In this document: positions 54,455 through 62,660 of the stretch, one piece after another | How positions within the stretch are numbered: the first letter of the stretch is position 1 | Layout of the letters: each line of letters starts with the position of its first letter | Assembly (NCBI GenBank): GCA_965206645.1 | Contig: CBDBKE010000003.1 | Location: forward strand, 704,001-768,000 | DNA: 64,000 nt | Direction: 5' to 3' | Source of the DNA: Terriglobia bacterium | Lineage (GTDB): Bacteria; Acidobacteriota; Terriglobia; JAJPHL01; JAPKYU01 | The notes under the pieces: model-generated | What the model saw: the letters and a program-made list of their open reading frames with translations, nothing else | Told to the model about the DNA's origin: nothing | Databases searched by the model: none | Program-made: the position numbers and the translations under genes

Positions 54455-57057
54455 AGCCCGAACGTTGGCAGAAAGTCGAGCAGATCTATCACTCCGCTCT
54501 GAAACGAGAGCCGGTCCAGCGGGCCACATTCCTAGACGAAGCCTGCGGTGGGGACGATTCCCTGCGGCAGGAGGTCGAGTCGCTGCTGACGCAGGAGGGG
54601 GCGACGGGGAGCTTCCTGGAAGCGCCGGCTCTGGAGGTGGCCGCCCGTTCCTTGGCCCAAGAGCAAGCCGGGTCAGAGGGAGATGGGGGAGGCATGGTCG
54701 GCAAGACCATCTCCCGCTACCGGGTCTTGGCGAAGCTGGGTGCCGGCGGGATGGGCGAGGTCTATCGGGCCCACGATGAACGACTCCAGCGCGATGTGGC
54801 CCTGAAGGTGTTGCCCGCCCACATTCTGGCCGATGAGACGGCTCGCAATCGCTTCCGCAAAGAAGCCCTGGCTCTCTCCAAGCTGAAACATCCCCACATC
54901 GCCACCGTGTACGACTTCGACACCCAGGACGGGGTGGACTTTCTGGTGATGGAGTATGTGGCCGGGGCCACGCTGGCGAAGCGGATCACGGACGGTGCCT
55001 TACCCGAGAAGGAAGTGGCGCAGCTGGGGATCCAGATCGCCGCGGCCCTGGAGGAGGCCCAGGAGCAGGGCGTGGTGCATCGGGACCTGAAGCCGGGCAA
55101 CGTGATGGTGACCCCGAAAGGCCAAGTGAAGGTCCTGGACTTCGGGCTGGCCAAACTGGTGCGACCAGTAGCCGACACGGCTGCGACCATGAGCATGACG
55201 GAGACACCCGCGGCGGCGGGGACGCTGCCGTATATGCCGCCGGAGCAGTTGCAGGGCAAGGTGGTCGATGTGCGCGCGGATCTGTACGCGCTGGGGGCGG
55301 TGCTCTACGAGATGGGCACCGGACAGCGGGCCTTTCCGGAGCGGGAGTCGCATCGGCTGATCGCTGCAATCTTGCAACAGACACCGCCGGCACCGGGCGA
55401 AGTCAACAGCCAGGTTTCAGCGGGGCTGGAGAGCATCATCTTCAAAGCCTTGGAGAAGGACCCGGAGCGGCGCTACCAGTCGGCCCAGGAGTTGCGGGTG
55501 GACCTGGAGCGGCTGAGCGGGCCGGAGCCATTCCTGGCGACTCCGCGCAGGCCTGGTCTGACTCGCCGACAACTCGTCGCTATGGCAGGAGTGGCGCTCG
55601 TAGCCCTGCTGGCGGTGCCTTTGGGGCTAAATGTGGGCGGACTGCGCGACCGGCTGTTGGGGACAGCCCCTGCGCCACGGATTGAATCCATCGCGGTGCT
55701 GCCGCTCGCGAACCTCTCGGGTGATCCCGAGCAAGACTACTTCGCCGCGGGGATGCACGAAGCGCTGATCACCGACCTGGCCAAGATCGGGGGCTTCAAG
55801 CGGGTGATCGCACGCTCCTCGGCGATGCGCTACCAGGACACCGACAAACCGCTGCCGCAGATTGCGCGGGAATTGAACGTGGACGCCGTCATTACCGGGT
55901 CGGTGCTGCGTTCGGGCGACCGCGTGCGGATCACCGCGCAGTTGATCAACGCGGCCACTGAGGAGCACCTGTGGGCCGAGCGCTACGAGCGCGAGCTCCG
56001 CGACGTGCTGTCGCTGCAAAACGAAATCGTGGCGGCCATCGCCCGTGAGATCAACTTGCAGCTCACCCCGGAGGAGCAGACACGGCTGGCCAGCGCCCGC
56101 ACGGTCAATCCCGAGGCTCATGAGGCCGTTCTCCGGGGCAGCTTTCACATTGACAAGCTCAACTCGGAAGACATCGAGACCGCGATGCAGTACTTCGAGT
56201 TAGCGCTGGAGAAAGACCCGAATTACGCCCGGGCCTACTTGGGTATCGGCGGCGTCTGGTTCGTCCGCACCTTACTGGAGGTCGTGCCACCCCGTGAGGC
56301 AGGGCCAAGGGCGAAGGCGGCTGTGTTGAAAGCCCTGGAATTGGATGACACGCTCTCGGAAGCGCATTCGTTTTTGGCCTATGTTAGGTTTTCTTACGAA
56401 TGGGACTGGGCTGGCGCTCAGGCAGAGTTCCGGCGGGCGATCGAGCTCAACCCCAACTCTGCGGAGGTGCGCGCACTTTACGGCGATTTTTTGACCGCGA
56501 TGAACCGTCCGGAGGAAGCGACAGCGCACCTTGAGCGAGCGTTAGAATTGGACCCGTTCAATTTCAAATACCAGGTGATTTATGGTTGGCACTTGTTTTG
56601 TGTTCGCCGGTACGACGACGCCATCTCTCAGTTCCGCAAGGTGCTCAAAAAGTCACCTAACGACCGGTTTTCGCTGTTTAGCCTGACGACCGTCTTCATC
56701 GCGGCGGGAATGTATGCGGAGCATCGGGAATTAAATAAGAAGTTCATCAATGCCGGGCTGAGTACTGATGGAGTCGCCGAAGAGATTGAGCGTGGCTACG
56801 CGCAGGGAGGGTTCCAGGAGGCGATGCGACGGGGGGCGGAGATGCTGGCAGCGCAATCGAAACTAGCCCCCCCGATGCTTGTTGCGTATATGTATACATA
56901 CGCGGGGGAAAACGACCTAGCCTTGGAATGGCTGGAGAGATCCTACGAGGCACGAACCTTCGGCTTCCATTTTCTCAAGGCGGGTCCGGAATGGGATCCG
57001 CTGCGCGACGACCCCCGCTTCCAGGACCTGCTGCGCCGCATGAACTTCCCGGAGTAA
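54451..57057 (+). CDS. Hanks-type Ser/Thr kinase with TM segment, TolB-N-like domain and TPRs
   Basis: GAGGMGEVY, VALK, HRDLKPGN, DFG, GTLPYMPPE, SIAVLPLANLS, TPRs, WDPLRDDPRFQDLLRRM. Confidence 0.95.
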   Translation: MKPERWQKVEQIYHSALKREPVQRATFLDEACGGDDSLRQEVESLLTQEGATGSFLEAPALEVAARSLAQEQAGSEGDGGGMVGKTISRYRVLAKLGAGGMGEVYRAHDERLQRDVALKVLPAHILADETARNRFRKEALALSKLKHPHIATVYDFDTQDGVDFLVMEYVAGATLAKRITDGALPEKEVAQLGIQIAAALEEAQEQGVVHRDLKPGNVMVTPKGQVKVLDFGLAKLVRPVADTAATMSMTETPAAAGTLPYMPPEQLQGKVVDVRADLYALGAVLYEMGTGQRAFPERESHRLIAAILQQTPPAPGEVNSQVSAGLESIIFKALEKDPERRYQSAQELRVDLERLSGPEPFLATPRRPGLTRRQLVAMAGVALVALLAVPLGLNVGGLRDRLLGTAPAPRIESIAVLPLANLSGDPEQDYFAAGMHEALITDLAKIGGFKRVIARSSAMRYQDTDKPLPQIARELNVDAVITGSVLRSGDRVRITAQLINAATEEHLWAERYERELRDVLSLQNEIVAAIAREINLQLTPEEQTRLASARTVNPEAHEAVLRGSFHIDKLNSEDIETAMQYFELALEKDPNYARAYLGIGGVWFVRTLLEVVPPREAGPRAKAAVLKALELDDTLSEAHSFLAYVRFSYEWDWAGAQAEFRRAIELNPNSAEVRALYGDFLTAMNRPEEATAHLERALELDPFNFKYQVIYGWHLFCVRRYDDAISQFRKVLKKSPNDRFSLFSLTTVFIAAGMYAEHRELNKKFINAGLSTDGVAEEIERGYAQGGFQEAMRRGAEMLAAQSKLAPPMLVAYMYTYAGENDLALEWLERSYEARTFGFHFLKAGPEWDPLRDDPRFQDLLRRMNFPE

Positions 57058-57365
57058 GCTTGGGACTCCCTCCCGCCCGGTAATCCCGGTAGACCGCGCT
57101 CGCGGTATAAGACAGGGCAGCAAGCAAACGTGACGCGGCATTATGTCGCTGTAGCGAAGCTGGTTTCTCCAAACTTTTTCGATAGGTTCCCACTTGTCGG
57201 CTAGCGTTTACCGATGCTGCCACGCCGCCTACTTGGACGTAAAACGCCCCTACCGTAAATTGACCCATTACCCAACCCGAAACCCGTCCACAACTCCAGC
57301 GGGTTTCGGCTGCTGCTATTCGATTTCAGATCTGTCACTCACAAACAAGACGGCGCAGAATTCCC

Positions 57366-57393
57366 TTGACTTCGGTCGGCAAACGCCTATGAT
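57366..57393 (+). promoter_or_regulatory. Putative sigma70 promoter of rpsU
   Basis: TTGACT-16 nt-TATGAT; RBS GAGGAGGT before GTG. Confidence 0.6.
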
Positions 57394-57438
57394 TAGCTGC
57401 CGAAGCTAACTCCACAGCAGCGAGGAGGTGTTTTCCGA

Positions 57439-57636
57439 GTGGCCGAAATCAGGGTACAAGAGGGAGAATCCCTCGAGAACGCCCTGCGCCGGTTCAAAAG
57501 GAAGGTACAGCAGGAAGATATCATTAAGGAGGTCAGGCGGCATTCCTTCTATTTGAAACCCGGCGAAAAGCGTCGAACGAAGGAAGCCTTGGCCAGGAAG
57601 CGAAACCGCAAGAAGATGCGGCGCGAGCAGGAGTAG
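57439..57636 (+). CDS. rpsU: 30S ribosomal protein bS21
   Basis: EGESLENALRRFKRKVQ...FYLKPGEKRR. Confidence 0.96.
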   Translation: MAEIRVQEGESLENALRRFKRKVQQEDIIKEVRRHSFYLKPGEKRRTKEALARKRNRKKMRREQE

Positions 57637-57934
57637 CGTTGCCAAGATGGGCTCTCCGTTCTCTGTGCTGTTGTTTGAGCTGGCTAACAACCCAGGTCGC
57701 CGTGGGCAGCGTGCTGCGGCCCTGGGGTAAGTGAATGCTTCCGGGAGTTGCACATTCTTCAAGCTGTTTACAGGTTTCCCACGGGCGGGAAAAAGGCAAC
57801 CCAAAGGCTGGCAGCACCTTGCGGGGGAATTTATGTCTCGATTTGGCTCCCTTCTCAAAGCAAGGCCGGGGGCCGAACAGGTCGGAGCTGCTGGCCGATG
57901 ACTCGAAACATGGGCTAGAGGGGGCGTGTGTCCA

Positions 57935-58237
57935 ATGGTCGAATACGCGGACAGGATCTTGAAGTGCGTGGATTGCGGTGCGGAGTTCGTCTTCACCGCC
58001 GGGGAACAGCTGTTTTTCGCCGACAAAAACTTTAAGAACGAACCGAAACGCTGCAAGGCGTGCAAGGGCAAACGAAATACCGCCTTGGGGGGGGCCGGCC
58101 ACGTCCGGGTGGAAACCACCACAAAGTGTCACCAATGTGGGAGAGAAACCACCGTTCCTTTCAAGCCCACTCAGGGGCGTCCGGTCTACTGCCGTGAGTG
58201 TTACCAGCAACGCCGCACGGCCTCGGCGGCGGTCTGA
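57935..58237 (+). CDS. Zinc-ribbon protein (zf-trcl plus CxxC-x17-CxxC)
   Basis: CVDCGAEFVFTAGEQLFF...NEPKRCKAC...CHQCG...VPFKP...RPVYCREC. Confidence 0.92.
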   Translation: MVEYADRILKCVDCGAEFVFTAGEQLFFADKNFKNEPKRCKACKGKRNTALGGAGHVRVETTTKCHQCGRETTVPFKPTQGRPVYCRECYQQRRTASAAV

Positions 58238-58331
58238 AGTCGTAGCCTGGCTAAATGAAGGTTGCCGACAACCTCTAGGGTGACTGCTCTGTTGACGGTC
58301 GCTGGGGCTCATCTCCACTAGAATCAAAAAC

Positions 58332-59723
58332 ATGCCCAGCTTTTTCGTGCAAAACTTTGGCTGCCGAGCTGCCCAGGCCGATGGCGCGGCCCTGGAGCAC
58401 GAACTGGCGACTCGCGGCTTGGCCCGCGCCGCCGAGGCCCGTACGGCGGACTTGGTGGTGCTAAATACCTGCACGGTGACTGCCTCGGCCGACGAGGATG
58501 CCCGCCAGGCCATTCGCCGCCAGTTCCGCAACAATCCCGGTTGCCGCATCCTGGTCACCGGCTGTTATGCCCAGCGCGCGCCGAACGAGCTGGCTGCGCT
58601 TCCCGGGGTGACCTGGGTGGTCGGGAATTCGCACAAGACCCGGATCGGGGAGATTGTGGCGGGCAGCGGAGCTCTGGTGCCTCTGTCGGCGCTCGGCAGG
58701 GCGCCAGCCCCGACAGCTTCGCCAGATCCGCCAGCTCCCGAAGCTCCGCCAGCTCCGCCAGCTCCGAAAACTCCGCAGGTCATCATCGGGGACATCTTCG
58801 CCCACACCGAGCTGCTGGCAGCGCCCGTCTTTGGCGCTGGGGCCGAGCGCACCCGGCCGAACGTGAAAATTCAGGACGGGTGCAACAACCGCTGCTCGTT
58901 CTGCATCATCCCCGCAGTGCGCGGGCGCAGTCGAAGCCTGCGGCCGGAAGCCGTCCTCGCACAGGTGCGCGCGCTGGAGCGCGCCGGCTACCGCGAGATT
59001 GTCCTCACCGGCATCAACCTGGGCCGCTACGGCCGCGACCTGGAGCCCCGCCTTAGTTTCCTGGCCATGATGCGCGCCATCCTGAGCGAGACGGTAATCG
59101 AGCGCATCCGACTCAGCTCGGTCGAGCCGCTGGACTTTACCAACGAGCTTCTGGAGCTGATGGCCAGCTCCTCCCGGATCGCCCGGCACGTGCACGCACC
59201 GCTGCAAAGCGGCTCGGACCGCGTACTGCGTCGCATGCGCCGCCGCTACCGCGCCGCGCATTACGAGCAGCGCCTGTGGCGCGCGCACCAACTACTGCCC
59301 GAGGCAGCCTTCGGTGCTGACGTGATGGTCGGCTTTCCCGGAGAAAGCGACGAGGACTTTGAGCAGACCCGGGCGTTAGTAGAGCGCCTGCCCTTCACCT
59401 ACCTGCACGTGTTCACCTACTCGCGCCGAGAGGGGACGCCGGCCGCCACCATGCCTGACCAGGTACCCGTCCGCGTGGCGCGGGAGCGCAACCGCCTCTT
59501 GCGCGAGCTGGCCGCCCGGAAGAACCTGGAATTTCGCCGCCGCCAGGTGGGGAGCCGCCTGTCGGTGATCACGCTTGAGGCCGGCACGCTTGAGGGCGGG
59601 TCGGCGCTGAGCAACAACTACCTGAAGGTTCGCCTACGTGGATCGCGGCTCGGGCCCAACCGTCTCGTGGAGGCACTGATCACTGGCGTAGAAGAACCTG
59701 GCCTGGCGGGCGTGGTCTTCTAG
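58332..59723 (+). CDS. mtaB: tRNA t6A37 methylthiotransferase (MiaB-like radical SAM)
   Basis: NFGC, NTCTVT, VTGCYAQ, KIQDGCNNRCSFCIIP, RLSSVEP, VGFPGE, LHVFTYS. Confidence 0.92.
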   Translation: MPSFFVQNFGCRAAQADGAALEHELATRGLARAAEARTADLVVLNTCTVTASADEDARQAIRRQFRNNPGCRILVTGCYAQRAPNELAALPGVTWVVGNSHKTRIGEIVAGSGALVPLSALGRAPAPTASPDPPAPEAPPAPPAPKTPQVIIGDIFAHTELLAAPVFGAGAERTRPNVKIQDGCNNRCSFCIIPAVRGRSRSLRPEAVLAQVRALERAGYREIVLTGINLGRYGRDLEPRLSFLAMMRAILSETVIERIRLSSVEPLDFTNELLELMASSSRIARHVHAPLQSGSDRVLRRMRRRYRAAHYEQRLWRAHQLLPEAAFGADVMVGFPGESDEDFEQTRALVERLPFTYLHVFTYSRREGTPAATMPDQVPVRVARERNRLLRELAARKNLEFRRRQVGSRLSVITLEAGTLEGGSALSNNYLKVRLRGSRLGPNRLVEALITGVEEPGLAGVVF

Positions 59724-59748
59724 GCCAATCAAGTAAGGTCCCGAGCCT

Positions 59749-60126
59749 TCAATCTTCAAGGATCACCTGGGCCACGGCCTGCGTCTGGGTGTGGGTGAGC
59801 GATAAGGCGACGTTGCGCACCTTCTGCTTCTGGGCGATGCGCGCGGCCACTCCCGAAAGCCGAAGTTCCGGTTTCCCCCCCCGCTGGTTCACCACCTCCA
59901 GGTCACGCCACCGCACGCCGCTCCGCCAGCCGACTCCCAGGGCTTTCATGCCCGCCTCCTTGGCCGCAAAGCGGGCGGCGTAACGCTCGAAGCGATTCTT
60001 GTGGCGCTCGCAATATTCAATCTCGCGCGCGGTGAAGACGCGCTCCAGAAAGCGCTGGCCGTGCCGGGCCGTCGCCTGTTCCAGGCGCGCAACCTCGGCC
60101 ACGTCAATGCCGGTGCCGACGATCAT
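59749..60126 (-). CDS. acpS: Holo-ACP synthase
   Basis: GTGIDVAE, RFAAKEAGMKALG, GKP, LSLTH. Confidence 0.96.
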   Translation of the reverse strand: MIVGTGIDVAEVARLEQATARHGQRFLERVFTAREIEYCERHKNRFERYAARFAAKEAGMKALGVGWRSGVRWRDLEVVNQRGGKPELRLSGVAARIAQKQKVRNVALSLTHTQTQAVAQVILED

Positions 60127-60188
60127 TTTGTTCCCAAGAACTTCACCCTAAGAACCTCACGAGGCTGCGAGCTATTATAACGAGCAGG

Positions 60189-60413
60189 ATGGCCAGCAGC
60201 GACTTCGTGAAGTTCCTGGGAACGGCCGGCGCGCGCTTCATGACCGCGCGCCAGTTGCGCTCTACCGGCGGCGACTGGTATTCCCTCCAGGGCTTCCAGT
60301 TTCTGCTGGGCCCCGGGCTGGGCACGCTGGTGCGCTGCGCCGCCAGACGCCCTCGTCTGGACCCGTTGAGGCTCGATGCCCTGATCCTGTCTCACAACCA
60401 CCTGGACCAGTGA
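60189..60413 (+). pseudogene. Truncated metallo-beta-lactamase-fold hydrolase
   Basis: VKFLGTAGAR...LDALILSHNHLDQ* stops at the HxHxDH motif, and the usual DPG motif is degenerate (GPG). Confidence 0.75.
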
Positions 60414-61228
60414 TGGGACAACCTTCAAGCTTTAACATCACAAAGACCTGGCTGGTTGCCCGCGCCTGGCAGCGGCTGCCGGCGGTCGTGCACGGCTTCA
60501 GCACGCGCCACAGCTCGCGCCGAGATTTCTTTGCTCGCGTTGCCTCAGAGGAGAAAGAGCTACGGCCGGTTGAATTGCGCCAGATTCACTCGGCGACGGT
60601 ACGGACCATAGATGTTGTGCCGGAGCGCCTCCCGGTGGGCGACGCCCCGGTTGGCGATGCCATGGTCACCGCCACGGCCGGTCTGGCGCTAGCGGTGAAG
60701 ACGGCGGACTGCCCTCCCATCCTGCTGCTGGACCCGGTGGCGCGAGCCGTGGGCATCGTGCACGCCGGCTGGCGCGGCACGGTACGCCGCATCACGGAAA
60801 AAACCGTCGGCACCATGCGCGCCCACTACCGCGCCGACCCGACGAGGATGCGCGCAGTCATCGGCCCGGGAATCCATGCCTGCTGCTATCAGGTGGGCGA
60901 GGAAGTGCTGGAGCAGTTCCGCTCCCAGTTCCCTTACGCTGAGGAACTGTTCTCGGGTTTGGAGCCCGAAAACCCCGCGGATACTCTGCTGCCACGGCAG
61001 ATCATGAGAGATCGCATCTCCATCATGCGCCCCCTCAACCCCGCCACCGCCTACCTTGACCTGGAGGAGGCCAACCGCAGGCAGTTGCTGGCGGCGGGGC
61101 TGAGGCCGAAGAACATCGTCACCGGGGCGCCCTGCACCGCTTGCCGCACCGACCTTCTCTACTCCTACCGCCGCGAAGGGACTGCCGCCGGCCGCCTTTA
61201 CGCCATGATCGCCCTCCGCCCGACGTAG
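60410..61228 (+). CDS. pgeF: PgeF/YfiH laccase-domain protein
   Basis: HGFSTR, QIHS, DAMVT, KTADC, HAGWRG, IGPGI, CTAC, YSYRR. Confidence 0.92.
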   Translation: MMGQPSSFNITKTWLVARAWQRLPAVVHGFSTRHSSRRDFFARVASEEKELRPVELRQIHSATVRTIDVVPERLPVGDAPVGDAMVTATAGLALAVKTADCPPILLLDPVARAVGIVHAGWRGTVRRITEKTVGTMRAHYRADPTRMRAVIGPGIHACCYQVGEEVLEQFRSQFPYAEELFSGLEPENPADTLLPRQIMRDRISIMRPLNPATAYLDLEEANRRQLLAAGLRPKNIVTGAPCTACRTDLLYSYRREGTAAGRLYAMIALRPT

Positions 61229-61298
61229 CGGCAGGCTTCAGTCTGCCACCTACGATGGAACCCCGAAGGCGATGGCGCCCGAAGGGCGCCGCTACGTC
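61222..61298. repeat. GTAG-type REP/REPIN-like palindromic element
   Basis: Terminal IR GACGTAGCGGC / GCCGCTACGTC with internal hairpins GGCAGGC-TTCA-GTCTGCC and GGCGCCC-GAA-GGGCGCC. Confidence 0.75.
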
Positions 61299-61358
61299 AT
61301 GGCCCCGCCGCCCGAGTAGGAAATGGCCGCTCGACCCTGCGTGTTATACTCGCGGCCG

Positions 61359-62660
61359 ATGGCGCTGCGCGGTGACATTGTGCCGCGGCTGGTTGAGTTG
61401 GTTGGTCCGGAACACGTGGCTGGTGACACCGTTTTCCCCGGCACCGCTGAGGAAGTCGCCGCCGTGCTCGCGCTGGCCAACACCGAGCACCTCCGCGTCA
61501 TCCTGGCGGGAGGCTCCACGCAGCAGGAGCTGGGCGCAGCGCCCGGCGGCGGCGACCTGACCGTGTGCCTGCGGCGCCTGAACCACCTCAAGCAGTACGA
61601 ACCGGCGGACCTGACCGCCAGCATGGGAGCAGGTTTGACGATGGCTGAGCTTTCCGCCGCTCTGGCGCCGCACCGGCAGTGGCTCCCGCTGGGGGTCGCC
61701 TGCCCCGAGCACGCCACCATCGGCGGCGCGCTGGCAACCAACTCCAGCGGCCCGTTCCGTCTCTTCTACGGCACCGCGCGCGACATGGTGATCGGGATGC
61801 ACTTCGCCACCGTCGAAGGGAAGGTGGTGAAGAGCGGCGGCATGGTGGTGAAAAACGTCGCGGGCTACGACATGGCCAAGCTCATGATCGGTTCGCTCGG
61901 GACGCTGGCCGTCATCACTGACGTGACTCTTAAGCTGTTCCCACGGCCCGCGACCGAAACCAGCGTGCTGGTGTTCGGCTCGCTGGCCCATGCGCTGGAG
62001 GCGCGAGGCGCGATCCTGAGGTCGGTCCTCTCGCCGCTGGCGCTGGACCTGCTGGACGGTGGCGCCGCCTCATTGGTGGGCCAAGCCGCTGCCCGGCAGT
62101 TACCGCGCGGCGAGTTTTTGCTGGCGGTAGCCTACGGTGGCGTAGAACGTGTGATCGAGCGCAGCCGCGGCGAGGTAGCCACACTGGGCCGGGACGCCGG
62201 CGCCACCGACTCCGCCACCCTGGCCGGCGAGCAGGAGCATCACCTGTGGCAGGCCGTCTGCGACCTGCCGGCGACCTTCTCTGCCGCCCATCCACACAGC
62301 GCCCGCCTTAAGCTCTCCTCGACACTGCTAGGGATGCAACCCCTGCTGGAGACCGCCATAGGCGACCTGCGCCGGCAAGGGGCGGAAACGGCGCTGGTCG
62401 CGCGCGCAGGTTCCGGCGTATCCTATCTGTACGTCTGTGGCTTGTCCGTCAGTGGGGCGGACCTGCTCGGGTTTTGCCGAAACACTCAGCGGGTGGCTCT
62501 CTCGCTCGGTGCGCACGTCGTGATTGAATTCGCCCCGCCGCCGATTCAGGCCCAACTGGACGTTTTGGGTCCGCCTCGGGACGACTACGCCATCATGCAG
62601 AAACTCAAACAGTCCTTCGACCCCAAGGGCATCTTGAACCCAGGCCGGTTCGTATGCTGA
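61359..62660 (+). CDS. glcE: Glycolate oxidase FAD-binding subunit
   Basis: YEPADLT, ATIGG, GGMVVKNVAGYDMAKL, GSLGTL, FDPKGILNPGR. Confidence 0.9.
   Translation: MALRGDIVPRLVELVGPEHVAGDTVFPGTAEEVAAVLALANTEHLRVILAGGSTQQELGAAPGGGDLTVCLRRLNHLKQYEPADLTASMGAGLTMAELSAALAPHRQWLPLGVACPEHATIGGALATNSSGPFRLFYGTARDMVIGMHFATVEGKVVKSGGMVVKNVAGYDMAKLMIGSLGTLAVITDVTLKLFPRPATETSVLVFGSLAHALEARGAILRSVLSPLALDLLDGGAASLVGQAAARQLPRGEFLLAVAYGGVERVIERSRGEVATLGRDAGATDSATLAGEQEHHLWQAVCDLPATFSAAHPHSARLKLSSTLLGMQPLLETAIGDLRRQGAETALVARAGSGVSYLYVCGLSVSGADLLGFCRNTQRVALSLGAHVVIEFAPPPIQAQLDVLGPPRDDYAIMQKLKQSFDPKGILNPGRFVC

Larger units (their letters stand above)
54129..57272. mobile_element. Putative non-autonomous segment bounded by imperfect inverted repeats, carrying the Ser/Thr kinase
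   Basis: GGTAACGGGTCAGTTTCCCG (54129-48) vs reverse complement of 57253-72, GGTAATGGGTCAATTTACGG (16/20); no transposase inside. Confidence 0.4.

Noticed and set aside
56100-57057. Diversity-generating retroelement target in the kinase TPR region
   Set aside because: No reverse transcriptase and no template/variable repeat pair in the window
60411-60413. Sec readthrough of the MBL stub TGA
   Set aside because: The downstream frame does not convincingly continue an MBL fold and overlaps pgeF, no SECIS-like hairpin is evident, and the upstream motifs are already degenerate
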